A stretch of DNA of 58,055 nt, from NCBI GenBank assembly GCA_964620245.1, contig CAZUJC010000004.1, positions 1 through 58,055 of the forward strand, given 5' to 3'. Of this stretch, positions 10,939 to 20,702 are shown piece by piece. The position numbers and the translations under genes were made by a program. This DNA comes from an uncultured Pseudomonadota bacterium. Lineage in GTDB: Bacteria; Babelota; Babeliae; Babelales; JACPOV01. Numbering within the stretch: position 1 is the first letter of the stretch; every line of letters starts with the position of its first letter. Below the pieces are notes generated by a model. The model was not told the origin of the DNA. It ran no database searches and was given only the letters and a program-made list of their open reading frames with translations.

Positions 10939-12244
10939 CAGCTAATATCTTTCGTGTTTCTTTTTTATACAATTCAACATGTGGCTGATCAAATGCGTTA
11001 ATATTTAACAAATTGCCAAGATACATGATTTCTAGCATAGCATATTGCAATAACTGGCCAACATAAAATGGAGATCGCTCCGGTAAAGTAATCGAGCAAA
11101 ATGGCAACTGTTCTTTTTTGTACGCTTCTTTTACCCCCAAAATTATTGCATTCATAATATGCAGCAATGATTTTTTTTGAATATTTTTGACGCACGAATC
11201 AAATTCATCAAATTTTGGAACATCTATTTCCGTTTTATTTTTTTCCACTGTAACAAATGTGGTGAAAAAATTTCGCGGACCGCCCAAATATAACTGCCCA
11301 ACTGAATGTAAGTCGATACTACCGATCGAAACGGTTGGCACAATGCCAACTCTGACAATCTTGCCATCACGATCATGCTCTTTTCCTAAACTTTCCCCCA
11401 CTAACTGGCGGTACCACTTACCAACACCTTCAAGAGAAACCGAAAACAAAAAAAGATCGTTGATATAAATTTGCTTTTTTTGCCAATACCAAAATTTAAC
11501 TGCAGCACTCACTGCCGCACTATTATTTTCAATTGCAAGCATTTCATCGATCGCTGATCGTGCACCTGCAAATAATGAATGCACATCAACCCCCATCAAC
11601 CCAAGTGGAAATAGACCAACTGCAGAAAATACTGAAAATCTACCGCCAACCAATTTGGGAATATAGAGGACTGAAAATTTTTTCTGTTGAGCAATGAGCG
11701 CCAATGGAGAATTTTCATCGGTAATTATGGTAACATATTCATGATAATTTTTTGTGCGGTAGCGCATGAGCACCTCAAGAAAAATCTCAAAATTAGCAAT
11801 TGTTTCAGTCGTTGCACCAGATTTTGTAACAACAACCAAGTAAATTTGATTTTCCCTTTTCAGTTCCTCTTCAACGCACCATTTTATTTGACCAATGTTA
11901 TCGCTATCAACCGTATCGGCATAATACACGTTCAATTTATTTGTTTCATTTGGTAAAAAACCAAAAAGCGCTTGTGCAATTGCTTCTGTTCCTAAGTTTG
12001 AGCCACCAATTCCCACAACAACAAGTACGGTGGGTTTTAATGATTGTGCCCGCTTAACTTCTTGATTAATTTGATGCAACATTTGATCATCATGCGATAA
12101 ATATAATGATGCATAAACTGAGTCATATTTTTTTTTAAAGTTTTCTCGCATCAATTTATTTTCAATTTCCAAAAGCTTTAACTGTCTCTGCAAATCGGCC
12201 TGAGAAATTAATGCATCAGCAAATTCAAGTTCAATTTTTTCCAC
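10931..12244 (-). CDS. pgi: glucose-6-phosphate isomerase
   Basis: GIGGSNLG, KSGATTET, VGGRFS, ESLGK, FDQPHVE; likely GTG start at 12244 behind AAAGGA. Confidence 0.93.
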   Translation of the reverse strand: MEKIELEFADALISQADLQRQLKLLEIENKLMRENFKKKYDSVYASLYLSHDDQMLHQINQEVKRAQSLKPTVLVVVGIGGSNLGTEAIAQALFGFLPNETNKLNVYYADTVDSDNIGQIKWCVEEELKRENQIYLVVVTKSGATTETIANFEIFLEVLMRYRTKNYHEYVTIITDENSPLALIAQQKKFSVLYIPKLVGGRFSVFSAVGLFPLGLMGVDVHSLFAGARSAIDEMLAIENNSAAVSAAVKFWYWQKKQIYINDLFLFSVSLEGVGKWYRQLVGESLGKEHDRDGKIVRVGIVPTVSIGSIDLHSVGQLYLGGPRNFFTTFVTVEKNKTEIDVPKFDEFDSCVKNIQKKSLLHIMNAIILGVKEAYKKEQLPFCSITLPERSPFYVGQLLQYAMLEIMYLGNLLNINAFDQPHVELYKKETRKILADE

Positions 12245-12360
12245 CTTTTGATTTCCTTTTTTTTCTATGTGAATTCTGTTGACAATTGACAAATCATTGC
12301 ATTAGAGCCATATTTTTCAAGCAACATTCAATTATATAAAATTACAATACTGGGACATTT

Positions 12361-13245
12361 ATGAGAAAAATAATATTTTTATTAACGTTAATGATGAGTT
12401 TAGCACAATATAAAAATGCTAATGCAATGGAAAATGAGCAAGAAAACAAGACAAATAATGTAAACTTGCCTTCATTATTACTCTGCAGCGAAACTCTTGA
12501 GGGTTCACCATTTAAGCCTAACCAAGGCCATCAATCACCGGGAAAAACAAAAATAGAAAATCCTGTAACCAGATCCACGAAGGCCAAAGCTCGCTTGTTT
12601 GAACCAGACAACGAAGTAAATGCTATCTTTCCTGGCGGAAAATTTAATGACGAACTTCAACACAAAAAAAGAAAGCGTCTCTACACTTTTGCTGAAAAAA
12701 TTGAGCGAAATGAACAAACCGTACATCAAATTCTAAAAGATCTTGCAGAAAATGCGGAGTATGAAACTGCTATAAGCGTCCTCGCTACTATTGAAAACAA
12801 AAAACGAAATGATAAATTTATTAATGAAATCAAAAAATTTATCGGTGGAAGTGACACAAAAAATGGAACAGCAGGCAATAAAATTAAACAAGTGCTCAAT
12901 AAAGAAGAATATAAAGACCTCGATGTAAATAAAATAATCCTTCATGTTTGTAATTCTAAAACGCAAACTGCATCTAACGAAAGCCTTCTTAATATTGCGG
13001 TACATCTAAAAGCAAAAAATCTATTTCAATATTTGGTTCAAGAGCGCGATGCTGATATTTCACCAAGCACTATAGTTCTTGCAGAGCAAAATCCCGGGAA
13101 TCATATTCTTCGAATTCTCTATGAAAAAGGGCTAACATCAGTTGCCCCGGCACATCCCAACTCCGTCACAAAAAAATGGAGCTCTGATAAATCAAGAAAG
13201 CGCGCTGAGTCAATTCCATTATTTACGCTCGTTGATCGAAGATAG
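12361..13245 (+). CDS. secreted hypothetical protein with NLS-like and ankyrin-like segments
   Basis: Signal peptide NANA|MEN; HKKRKR; SLLNIAVHL...YLVQERDADI. Confidence 0.75.
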   Translation: MRKIIFLLTLMMSLAQYKNANAMENEQENKTNNVNLPSLLLCSETLEGSPFKPNQGHQSPGKTKIENPVTRSTKAKARLFEPDNEVNAIFPGGKFNDELQHKKRKRLYTFAEKIERNEQTVHQILKDLAENAEYETAISVLATIENKKRNDKFINEIKKFIGGSDTKNGTAGNKIKQVLNKEEYKDLDVNKIILHVCNSKTQTASNESLLNIAVHLKAKNLFQYLVQERDADISPSTIVLAEQNPGNHILRILYEKGLTSVAPAHPNSVTKKWSSDKSRKRAESIPLFTLVDRR

Positions 13246-13319
13246 TTAAGAGCGCATAAAAAATATGAAAGCCGCGTATCGCGTGAAATTCTGGTAAAAT
13301 AGAATAAAAAAACATAAAA

Positions 13320-13354
13320 ATAAAGAGCGGAATTTTATAGTTTCCGCTCTTTAT
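13320..13354. terminator. bidirectional terminator between convergent genes
   Basis: 13-bp inverted repeat ATAAAGAGCGGAA/TTCCGCTCTTTAT. Confidence 0.75.
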
Positions 13355-13383
13355 CTAAACAAACAGTTTTTTGTAGAAAATAA

Positions 13384-14004
13384 TTATTGAGCTTCTAATT
13401 CATCAAAAGTTTTATCAAGAAGCGCATAGTTTTCCCAACCTTGGTAATCAAAATGCCACCATTCTGTTGGTAAACCAATAAAACCATTTTTTTTCATAAT
13501 TTCTTCTAATTTATCACGATTTGATTTCACATTTTCTGAAATATTCATATAATCGCGATGTGCTTTTTCTATAAAATCATCAAACGGCGTTGGCATTTCC
13601 AATTCTTTGCCATCTTTCAAGCAAATAAGCGTACAATCTACTGCGCAACCACGGTTGTGTCTTGATCCCTTTTTTGGATCGGCAACATAACGTTCATCTG
13701 GTACCAGTTGCCAAAACTTTACCTGCACACTCAATGGGCGATAGCCATCAAAAACTTTCAATCCAAGTCCTTCTTCGTTTAGCTCTTCTTGAACTTTACA
13801 AAGAGCCTGAGCCGCTTCTTTGACTAAATATGCTTTTGCTGCAGGATATACAACTTTATGAGTAAAATTGTCTTCAGTCGCATATTTAATATCAAGAACA
13901 ACATTCGGAATTTTCTTTTCTAAATCAACTAATTTTTGATTTTGCATAGCATATAGAGAAACCGAAAATATTGAAAGCACGTATATTAATTTAACTCTTT
14001 TCAT
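13384..14004 (-). CDS. ddpX: D-alanyl-D-alanine dipeptidase (M15D, VanX/DdpX family), exported
   Basis: DGYRP, SRHNRGCAVD, EWWHF; signal peptide SLYA|MQ. Confidence 0.9.
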   Translation of the reverse strand: MKRVKLIYVLSIFSVSLYAMQNQKLVDLEKKIPNVVLDIKYATEDNFTHKVVYPAAKAYLVKEAAQALCKVQEELNEEGLGLKVFDGYRPLSVQVKFWQLVPDERYVADPKKGSRHNRGCAVDCTLICLKDGKELEMPTPFDDFIEKAHRDYMNISENVKSNRDKLEEIMKKNGFIGLPTEWWHFDYQGWENYALLDKTFDELEAQ

Positions 14005-14147
14005 AAACACCCTTTCTCTCTAATTTTATTTTTTCGTTACATGATATCACGTAAATTATTTTTTTCAAAGTTGACACTCCTTGTTTTTCTCACCGAGCTA
14101 TCCTAAACTTGAACAAAATGAGCGATATTAAAAAAAGGACGTCACTA

Positions 14148-15602
14148 ATGAATAGACGCATAGTAGTAATGATATTTCTCATCCTTTATTGGTTTAGGGC
14201 TTTCCCCATAGACGATTGCTTTGAATTTATGTCACGTTGCGATCCAATCGTTGATGAAAAATCATCACAATCATTTATCTTTCCTCGACCTGTGTATCAT
14301 AACCTCATGTCTCAATTAGCAACCGGTTGGGTTGATTTAGTATACGAAAAAGATCACTGCATGCTTGCAAGCATAGAAGCTGTTGGTGTTTATCAAAAAT
14401 CAAGCTCACTTGATAAATTAAAGCGCTACTTTTTAATTAATCATCGTGATGCGCTTGTGGTCAAAGGTGACTCAGCTCCTCAACCAACGTTACGTGATGT
14501 GCGCGCAGAATGGGTTGGATTGCCAGCAAATTTTAGTGGAACACTGCAGATTGATCCCCGTCAAACACAAGCATCTGTTTGGTTTGAATACAACCAAGAT
14601 ATTAAAAAATTTATTAATTGCAGTTTTTTAGATTCGCTTTGGGTTGCAATTTCGATGCCCATTCAATTTGTTGAAAACGATTTAGGATTTACCCAAGCAA
14701 ATGTTCAAAATTCTGGACCAAATAATTTTGATATTATTGCTGCATTTAGCCAAGGATTATGGCGATTTGGCAAATTAAATCCAAAAAAAGAGCATCGTGT
14801 TGGAGCTGCAGAAATTAATGTTAAACTTGGTGCAACATTTATGGCACAAAAAGGGTTTCAAATTGGGTACTATAGTTCCATTTTTGTGCCGTTAACTGGT
14901 GGCCAAAATCCTGAATTTATTTTTGATCCTTTTTTAGGTAATAACCGTCATTTTGGGTTTAGCGTTGGTGTTCATTTTCAACTACCTCTCAACGATGATA
15001 CTCAATGCAAACTAATTGCCTTCTTTTTTGACATTGAAAATATTTATCTAATCCGAAATGGTCAATACAGAACACTTGATTTAATAGATAAACCATGGAG
15101 TCGATTTTTATTATTCAACAGAACAAATGGAGAAAGTAACATTCCAGGAGTAAATGTTCTTACCAGAAAAGTTACGGTCAGACCATTTAACATGGCCGAT
15201 TTATCAACAGGATTTCGTTTCAATATTGGCAAATTTGATATGGAAATTGCTTACAATTTATGGGTTCACCCTGACGAAAAATTAGACCTTCATGATCGCG
15301 AATTTCCCAAAGACTTAGGAATTGCAGGAACTGTACCATTCACAACTGCAAGTGGTAGCACAATTAATTTTCGTGCACTCAACGACCCTTTTTTCATTCC
15401 AATTGACGAATTTGATCTAAATCTACTTTCTGGAGCTGCTCAAGCAGCGGTTGTTCATAGGCCAAGTATTTCAGTAGGAGCAATTCTCGATCGTGAATGC
15501 TACACTGTGTTATTTGGTTTTGGTGCGTTTATTGAATTTCCTCAGCAAAATACTGCATTTAACAATGCTGGTGTGTGGGGCAAGATTGGTGCCTCTTTCT
15601 AG
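14148..15602 (+). CDS. probable outer-membrane beta-barrel protein
   Basis: Signal peptide, many amphipathic beta-strands, C-terminal GVWGKIGASF ending in Phe; start at ATG 14148 behind AAGGA. Confidence 0.65.
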   Translation: MNRRIVVMIFLILYWFRAFPIDDCFEFMSRCDPIVDEKSSQSFIFPRPVYHNLMSQLATGWVDLVYEKDHCMLASIEAVGVYQKSSSLDKLKRYFLINHRDALVVKGDSAPQPTLRDVRAEWVGLPANFSGTLQIDPRQTQASVWFEYNQDIKKFINCSFLDSLWVAISMPIQFVENDLGFTQANVQNSGPNNFDIIAAFSQGLWRFGKLNPKKEHRVGAAEINVKLGATFMAQKGFQIGYYSSIFVPLTGGQNPEFIFDPFLGNNRHFGFSVGVHFQLPLNDDTQCKLIAFFFDIENIYLIRNGQYRTLDLIDKPWSRFLLFNRTNGESNIPGVNVLTRKVTVRPFNMADLSTGFRFNIGKFDMEIAYNLWVHPDEKLDLHDREFPKDLGIAGTVPFTTASGSTINFRALNDPFFIPIDEFDLNLLSGAAQAAVVHRPSISVGAILDRECYTVLFGFGAFIEFPQQNTAFNNAGVWGKIGASF

Positions 15603-15682
15603 AAACGACAATTTCTATTAGATTGCAAGAGCGCTCAGCACTATAGTACTCTGAAAGAAGCATATCAAAGGGGGATGAGATT

Positions 15683-16696
15683 ATGAATGCTTCATTCAAT
15701 AAATTGAGGGCTTTTTTTATTACGCTGTCAGCACTGAGCTTTATTATTTTTTTTCACGAACTAGGACATTTTGTTTCATGTCAGGTTTTTAATGTACCAA
15801 CACCAACATTTTCAATTGGCTTTGGCCCAGCTTTACTCAAATACAAAACAACGGCAACTACATTCCAATTAGCTCTTTTGCCACTTGGCGGTTATGTGAG
15901 CATTGCAGCCGATGTATTAAATCAAAAACCATATTGGCAAAAAATGATTATTACTTTAGCCGGTATTTTTAATAATATTTTACTTAGTTTTATTTTGATA
16001 TTCGCTGTATTTATGCGCAACCGTCGACCACTTACGTGTGAAATTGCATCAGTCAACCCTGATTGTCCAGCTGCCAATGCAAATTTGCAACCTGGAGATA
16101 AAATTGTAGCATACAATGAACATTCAACCGAGAAAGACATTATTCCTTTCATACAATTTTTACAAACAGCGGGTGGCCAAGAGGTCGCACTTACCATTGA
16201 GCGAAATCATGAAATTATTCACACAAAGATGAAAATTGACTCACAACAACTCGCCGGGAATCAAATCGGCTATGCCGGATTCTCATTAAAAATTGATAAA
16301 AAAAAGCAATTTTCGATTGTAAATATCGCACAAAAAACAACTTTATTCATGAAAACATTAATTCAGGATTTTGGTGGTCTATTTAGTCCTGCGCAAAAAA
16401 AAAATAAAGCAAAGATTATTGGACCGCTCGGTATTATTTCAATTACGGGTGAGACATTCACTCAGGGTTGGTCTACATTTTTATTTTGGATTGCTTTGTT
16501 GAGCACTCAAATTGGGCTCTTTAACTTATTACCACTTCCATTCCTCGACGGAGGTCAAGCAACTCAGTTTACGGCACAAGCATTGCTTGGACGTCCACTC
16601 ACCCCACAAGAAACAGCACTCATGAATTATGCATTTATCATGCTCTGCATAATTCTTATTTTGCTTGCTGGAAAAAAAAAGAAAGCCGCACATTAA
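15683..16696 (+). CDS. rseP: site-2 (M50) membrane metalloprotease with PDZ domain
   Basis: HELGH, LPLGGY, PDZ-like LQPGDKI, NLLPLPFLDGG. Confidence 0.9.
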   Translation: MNASFNKLRAFFITLSALSFIIFFHELGHFVSCQVFNVPTPTFSIGFGPALLKYKTTATTFQLALLPLGGYVSIAADVLNQKPYWQKMIITLAGIFNNILLSFILIFAVFMRNRRPLTCEIASVNPDCPAANANLQPGDKIVAYNEHSTEKDIIPFIQFLQTAGGQEVALTIERNHEIIHTKMKIDSQQLAGNQIGYAGFSLKIDKKKQFSIVNIAQKTTLFMKTLIQDFGGLFSPAQKKNKAKIIGPLGIISITGETFTQGWSTFLFWIALLSTQIGLFNLLPLPFLDGGQATQFTAQALLGRPLTPQETALMNYAFIMLCIILILLAGKKKKAAH

Positions 16697-16704
16697 ATGC
16701 GGCT
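16684..16704 (-). terminator. intrinsic terminator after nrdB
   Basis: AGCCGCA/TGCGGCT stem followed by TTCTTTTTTTT on the minus strand. Confidence 0.7.
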
Positions 16705-16728
16705 CCCAAAAAAATTATGTAATAAAAA

Positions 16729-17736
16729 CTATTCCCACTCGAGTGAGCCTGCTGACTGATATTCAGTTACCCGCGTTTCAAAGAAATTCTTTTCTTTGCT
16801 TAAATCGGTAACTTGCGACATCCATGGTAGCGGATTTTCTTTAAAATAAAGACGTTGTAAACCGATTCGTTCAAGGCGACGATCTGCAATATATTCAACA
16901 TAATCCATAAACTGTTGCGCATTTATGCCCAATAGCCCTTCTGGACATGCATCATAGGCATATCTTTTTTCAAGTGTTACTGCTTTTTTGATAAGCTCAA
17001 CAACCTCTTCCTGAAATTCTGTTGTCCAAATATCAGGATTTTCTGCTTTTATTGTATTAATCAAATCACAGCCAAACGCTAAATGAACACTTTCATCACG
17101 CATTATAAACTCAAATTGTTCACCAATGCCAATCATTTTATTTTGTCGTTTGAGTGCAAGCATCATTGCAAAGCCAGCGTAGAAAAAAATACCTTCCATG
17201 ATCACATAGTAACCAATTAGGTCACGAACGAAACGACGAATGTCTTCAACGCCACCTTCGGTGCTAAAGTTTGGATCGAAGATTGTTTTGGTCAATTCGA
17301 TAACAAACGTATCTTTTTCAGCAATAGATGGAATTGTGTTATACATATTGTAAATTTCATCCGGATCTAAGCCGAGAGAGTCACAACAATAAATAAATGT
17401 ATCGGTATGAATTGCTTCTTCAAATGCTTGCCGCAACAAATATTGGCGACATTCTGGATTTGTTACATGGCGGTATACCGCTAAAACTAAATTATTTGCT
17501 GTTAATGATTCAGCTGTTGAGAAAAAACCGAGATTCCATAAAATCAAACGTCGCTCTCGCTCCGTAAGTGAATGCGAAGATCGCCATTGCTCAATATCTT
17601 GTTGCATGGAAATTTCTTCTGGAGACCAGTTATTCGCGATTCCATTTTTATAATGTTCACGCGCCCAATGATAAGTCATTGGTAAGATTTTATTAGGATC
17701 AGTTTGCGAGTTGTTGATAATTCTTTTTTTTGCCAT
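16729..17736 (-). CDS. nrdB: ribonucleotide reductase beta subunit, class Ic type
   Basis: FSTAESL, EAIHTDTF, EGIFFY, RDESVH, NFFETRVTEY. Confidence 0.95.
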   Translation of the reverse strand: MAKKRIINNSQTDPNKILPMTYHWAREHYKNGIANNWSPEEISMQQDIEQWRSSHSLTERERRLILWNLGFFSTAESLTANNLVLAVYRHVTNPECRQYLLRQAFEEAIHTDTFIYCCDSLGLDPDEIYNMYNTIPSIAEKDTFVIELTKTIFDPNFSTEGGVEDIRRFVRDLIGYYVIMEGIFFYAGFAMMLALKRQNKMIGIGEQFEFIMRDESVHLAFGCDLINTIKAENPDIWTTEFQEEVVELIKKAVTLEKRYAYDACPEGLLGINAQQFMDYVEYIADRRLERIGLQRLYFKENPLPWMSQVTDLSKEKNFFETRVTEYQSAGSLEWE

Positions 17737-17748
17737 AAGTCCTCCTTG

Positions 17749-20274
17749 TTATTGGCAAGATTCACATTCGTTACCAAAAGGATTACATGTCACGCCACTT
17801 GCAACAAATTTTTGCTCTTCGATTTGTTCTCCAAGCGGCTGTTCCATTTTTGGCGAAACAATATCTACATCAGAATATTGTCTTTTTTGAGTAAAACCAT
17901 ATTCAGTGCCAAGTGTTGATTTTTCAATTTGTGTTGCACCAAGAGTCCGCAAATAGTACATTGTTTTCAATCCACATTGCCACGCAGTCATGTAAATATC
18001 GTTCAATTTCTTACCCGAAACACCTTTCATGAACACATTATGTGATTGACTTTGATCAATCCACTTACCGCGAGCGGCAGTAATTTTAATCAACCAGATT
18101 GGATCTAATTCAAACGCACCACGATATTTTTCTTTCAAATATTCAGGAATTGAATTTACGCGCAAAATATCGCCATCAAAATATTTGAGTTGTTCTAAAA
18201 TTGATTTGCTCCACAAGCCAATTTTTTTCAAATCATTTACTAAGTAACGATTTACTACGGTAAATTCACCAGCAATATTCGATTTTACATACATGTTTTT
18301 GTAAATCGGTTCAATGCTTGGATAACAGCCCGCAATATTTGCAATAGTTGCCGTTGGTGCAATTGCCATCACATTTGAATTACGCATGCCATTTTCTTTA
18401 ATATGATCGCGAATAAAACGCCAATCGAGCGAAGATGATTTTGATACCTCAATTGGCATGCCACGTTCTTGTTCAAGCAACGCAACGGTATCGAGTGGTA
18501 AAATACCTCGATCCCATTTTGAACCTTTGTAGGTTGGATAGGCGCCACGTTCTCGCGCTAATTCAGATGATGCAAGTATTGCATAGTACGAAATTAATTC
18601 TTGAGAATAATCGGCAAACCATGCAGCTTTTTCTGATGAAAACGAAATATCAAGCTTATAAAGTGCATCTTGAAAGCCCATCACACCCATTCCAATAGGG
18701 CGATGGCGCATATTTGAATTGCGAGCTTCTACCGTTGGATAAAAATTTGAATCAATAACATTATCAAGCATGCGAATCGCATTGCGCACTGTTTTTGCAA
18801 GTAATTCTTTATCAAGACTTCCGTTAATAACGTGCTCAGATAAATTAATCGAGCCAAGATTACATACGGCAGTTTCTTCGGCAGACGTATTGAGTGTAAT
18901 TTCTGTACACAAATTCGAACTATGTACAACACCCACATGATCTTGCGGCGAACGAACATTGCATGGATCTTTAAATGTAATCCATGGATGGCCAGTTTCA
19001 AAAAGTCGACTGAGCATTTTACGCCATAATTTTGGCGCAGATAGTACTTTGAAAAGCTTAATTTGGCCGTTACGTGCTTTTTCTTCATATTCCTCATAGC
19101 GTTTTTCGAACGCTTTGCCATATAAATCGTGTAAATCAGGCACTTCTTCTGGAGAAAAAAGCGTCCAATCTTGATCAAGCATCACACGCTTCATAAAAAG
19201 ATCTGGAATCCAATTTGCAGTATTCATATCATGTGTGCGACGGCGTTCATCACCCGTATTTTTACGTAAATCAAGAAAATCTTCAATATCGATGTGCCAT
19301 GTTTCTAAATAGGCACAGGTGCCACCGCGCCTGATTCCACTGCGTGTAATTGCAACAACAACATCGTTTACAATTTTAAGATAAGGAACAACACCCTGGC
19401 TTGTTGCATGAATGCTTTTAATCATTGCACCAGTGCCGCGAATATTTGTCCAATCGTTGCCAATACCACCAGCCCATTTTGCCAATTGTGCATTATCGCC
19501 AATGACTTTGAAAATATGGCCTAAATCATCATTTGCTGTTGATAAATAACATGAACTGAGCTGAGCTATTTTGTAGCCAGAATGAAAAAGTGTTGGCGTG
19601 GAAGAAACATACCGCAACGTTGAAAATGTTTCATAAAACTCAAGTGCTTTTTCTTCTTTATTTGCTTCATTGAGTGCTAATCCCATTGCAACGCGCATCC
19701 AAAAAGCTTGTGGAAGCTCATACCGTTTTTTATCAATTTTATAAAAGTAACGATCATAGAGCGTTTGTAAACCAAGATACATAAACAAGCTATCACGTTC
19801 AGAACGCAACTGTTTTGCTAAATATTCTAAATCAAATTCAAGCAATTTTTGATTGAGAATATCTCCTTTTACGCCTTGATAAATACTATTAATGAAAGCA
19901 GCTTGATAATCATTTGTAAATGTTGCTTGCTCAACGCTGTGACCAATAACTTCACGGTATACTTTTTGCAAAAGCAACCGCGTTGCAACTTTATCATATG
20001 AGGGATCTTGTTCAATAAATGCAACCGCTGAAAAAATAAGCGCCGATTCAAGTTCTTGCGTGTTTATTTTGTCATAAATATTGCGAATTGTTTCTGCAAT
20101 AAGAGAATCAATAGCAACATCACCAGCACAATCGTATGCAGCGCGTTCAAAACATGAACGAAGTTTTTCAAACAACAATTGCTCAACGCGACCATCACGT
20201 TTTGTAACGAACAAATCGTTATTTTCTTTGCCACTCGCGATCGTTGACAATCCCTTATTGAGTAATTTTTCCAT
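17749..20274 (-). CDS. nrdA: ribonucleotide reductase alpha subunit with ATP cone
   Basis: VTKRDG ATP cone, SSC, SNLCTE, VCNL, APTAT, YYLR, C-terminal CESCQ. Confidence 0.96.
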   Translation of the reverse strand: MEKLLNKGLSTIASGKENNDLFVTKRDGRVEQLLFEKLRSCFERAAYDCAGDVAIDSLIAETIRNIYDKINTQELESALIFSAVAFIEQDPSYDKVATRLLLQKVYREVIGHSVEQATFTNDYQAAFINSIYQGVKGDILNQKLLEFDLEYLAKQLRSERDSLFMYLGLQTLYDRYFYKIDKKRYELPQAFWMRVAMGLALNEANKEEKALEFYETFSTLRYVSSTPTLFHSGYKIAQLSSCYLSTANDDLGHIFKVIGDNAQLAKWAGGIGNDWTNIRGTGAMIKSIHATSQGVVPYLKIVNDVVVAITRSGIRRGGTCAYLETWHIDIEDFLDLRKNTGDERRRTHDMNTANWIPDLFMKRVMLDQDWTLFSPEEVPDLHDLYGKAFEKRYEEYEEKARNGQIKLFKVLSAPKLWRKMLSRLFETGHPWITFKDPCNVRSPQDHVGVVHSSNLCTEITLNTSAEETAVCNLGSINLSEHVINGSLDKELLAKTVRNAIRMLDNVIDSNFYPTVEARNSNMRHRPIGMGVMGFQDALYKLDISFSSEKAAWFADYSQELISYYAILASSELARERGAYPTYKGSKWDRGILPLDTVALLEQERGMPIEVSKSSSLDWRFIRDHIKENGMRNSNVMAIAPTATIANIAGCYPSIEPIYKNMYVKSNIAGEFTVVNRYLVNDLKKIGLWSKSILEQLKYFDGDILRVNSIPEYLKEKYRGAFELDPIWLIKITAARGKWIDQSQSHNVFMKGVSGKKLNDIYMTAWQCGLKTMYYLRTLGATQIEKSTLGTEYGFTQKRQYSDVDIVSPKMEQPLGEQIEEQKFVASGVTCNPFGNECESCQ

Positions 20275-20496
20275 AAATCCCTCTTTGCAACAACGTTTTT
20301 AAAAATTTCCAGCCATAACTACCCGCAATTTTTACTCCTCCTTCTTTTTTTATACAAAGATGCACTCATGCCTTTGAGAGGCACTTTTATGAGCACTCAA
20401 CACATTATGTTAATAAAAAAATGTGGCAACTAGAAAAAGCTACCAGAGCGTTAATACATTTTGAGTATTTTTTTCGTGAATGATTTCATAAAGATA

Positions 20497-20525
20497 CTTT
20501 AACATGACCATCGCACTCACGCAAA
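20497..20525 (-). promoter_or_regulatory. sigma70-type promoter for nrdAB
   Basis: Minus strand TTGCGT-N17-TAAAGT with an extended -10 TG. Confidence 0.5.
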
Positions 20526-20702
20526 GGAAATTCACTCTTTTTTTTATGAAAATATATTCTTAATTTTTTTGCAAAAAACATTCATAAATATTTCAAAAAA
20601 TTAATTTTTATTTTTAATTTTTTGAAATGATTGACGATTTTTTCCGTTCTGATCTAAGCTCAATCAAAATTATTCACCCTTTTTTATTAATAAGGAGTTT
20701 TA

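Noticed and set aside
12580..12603. KARLF as a cyclin-docking motif
   Set aside because: It has Ala, not Arg/Lys, two residues before the Leu.
20395..20470. NrdR boxes upstream of nrdA
   Set aside because: Only poor matches to the palindromic consensus.
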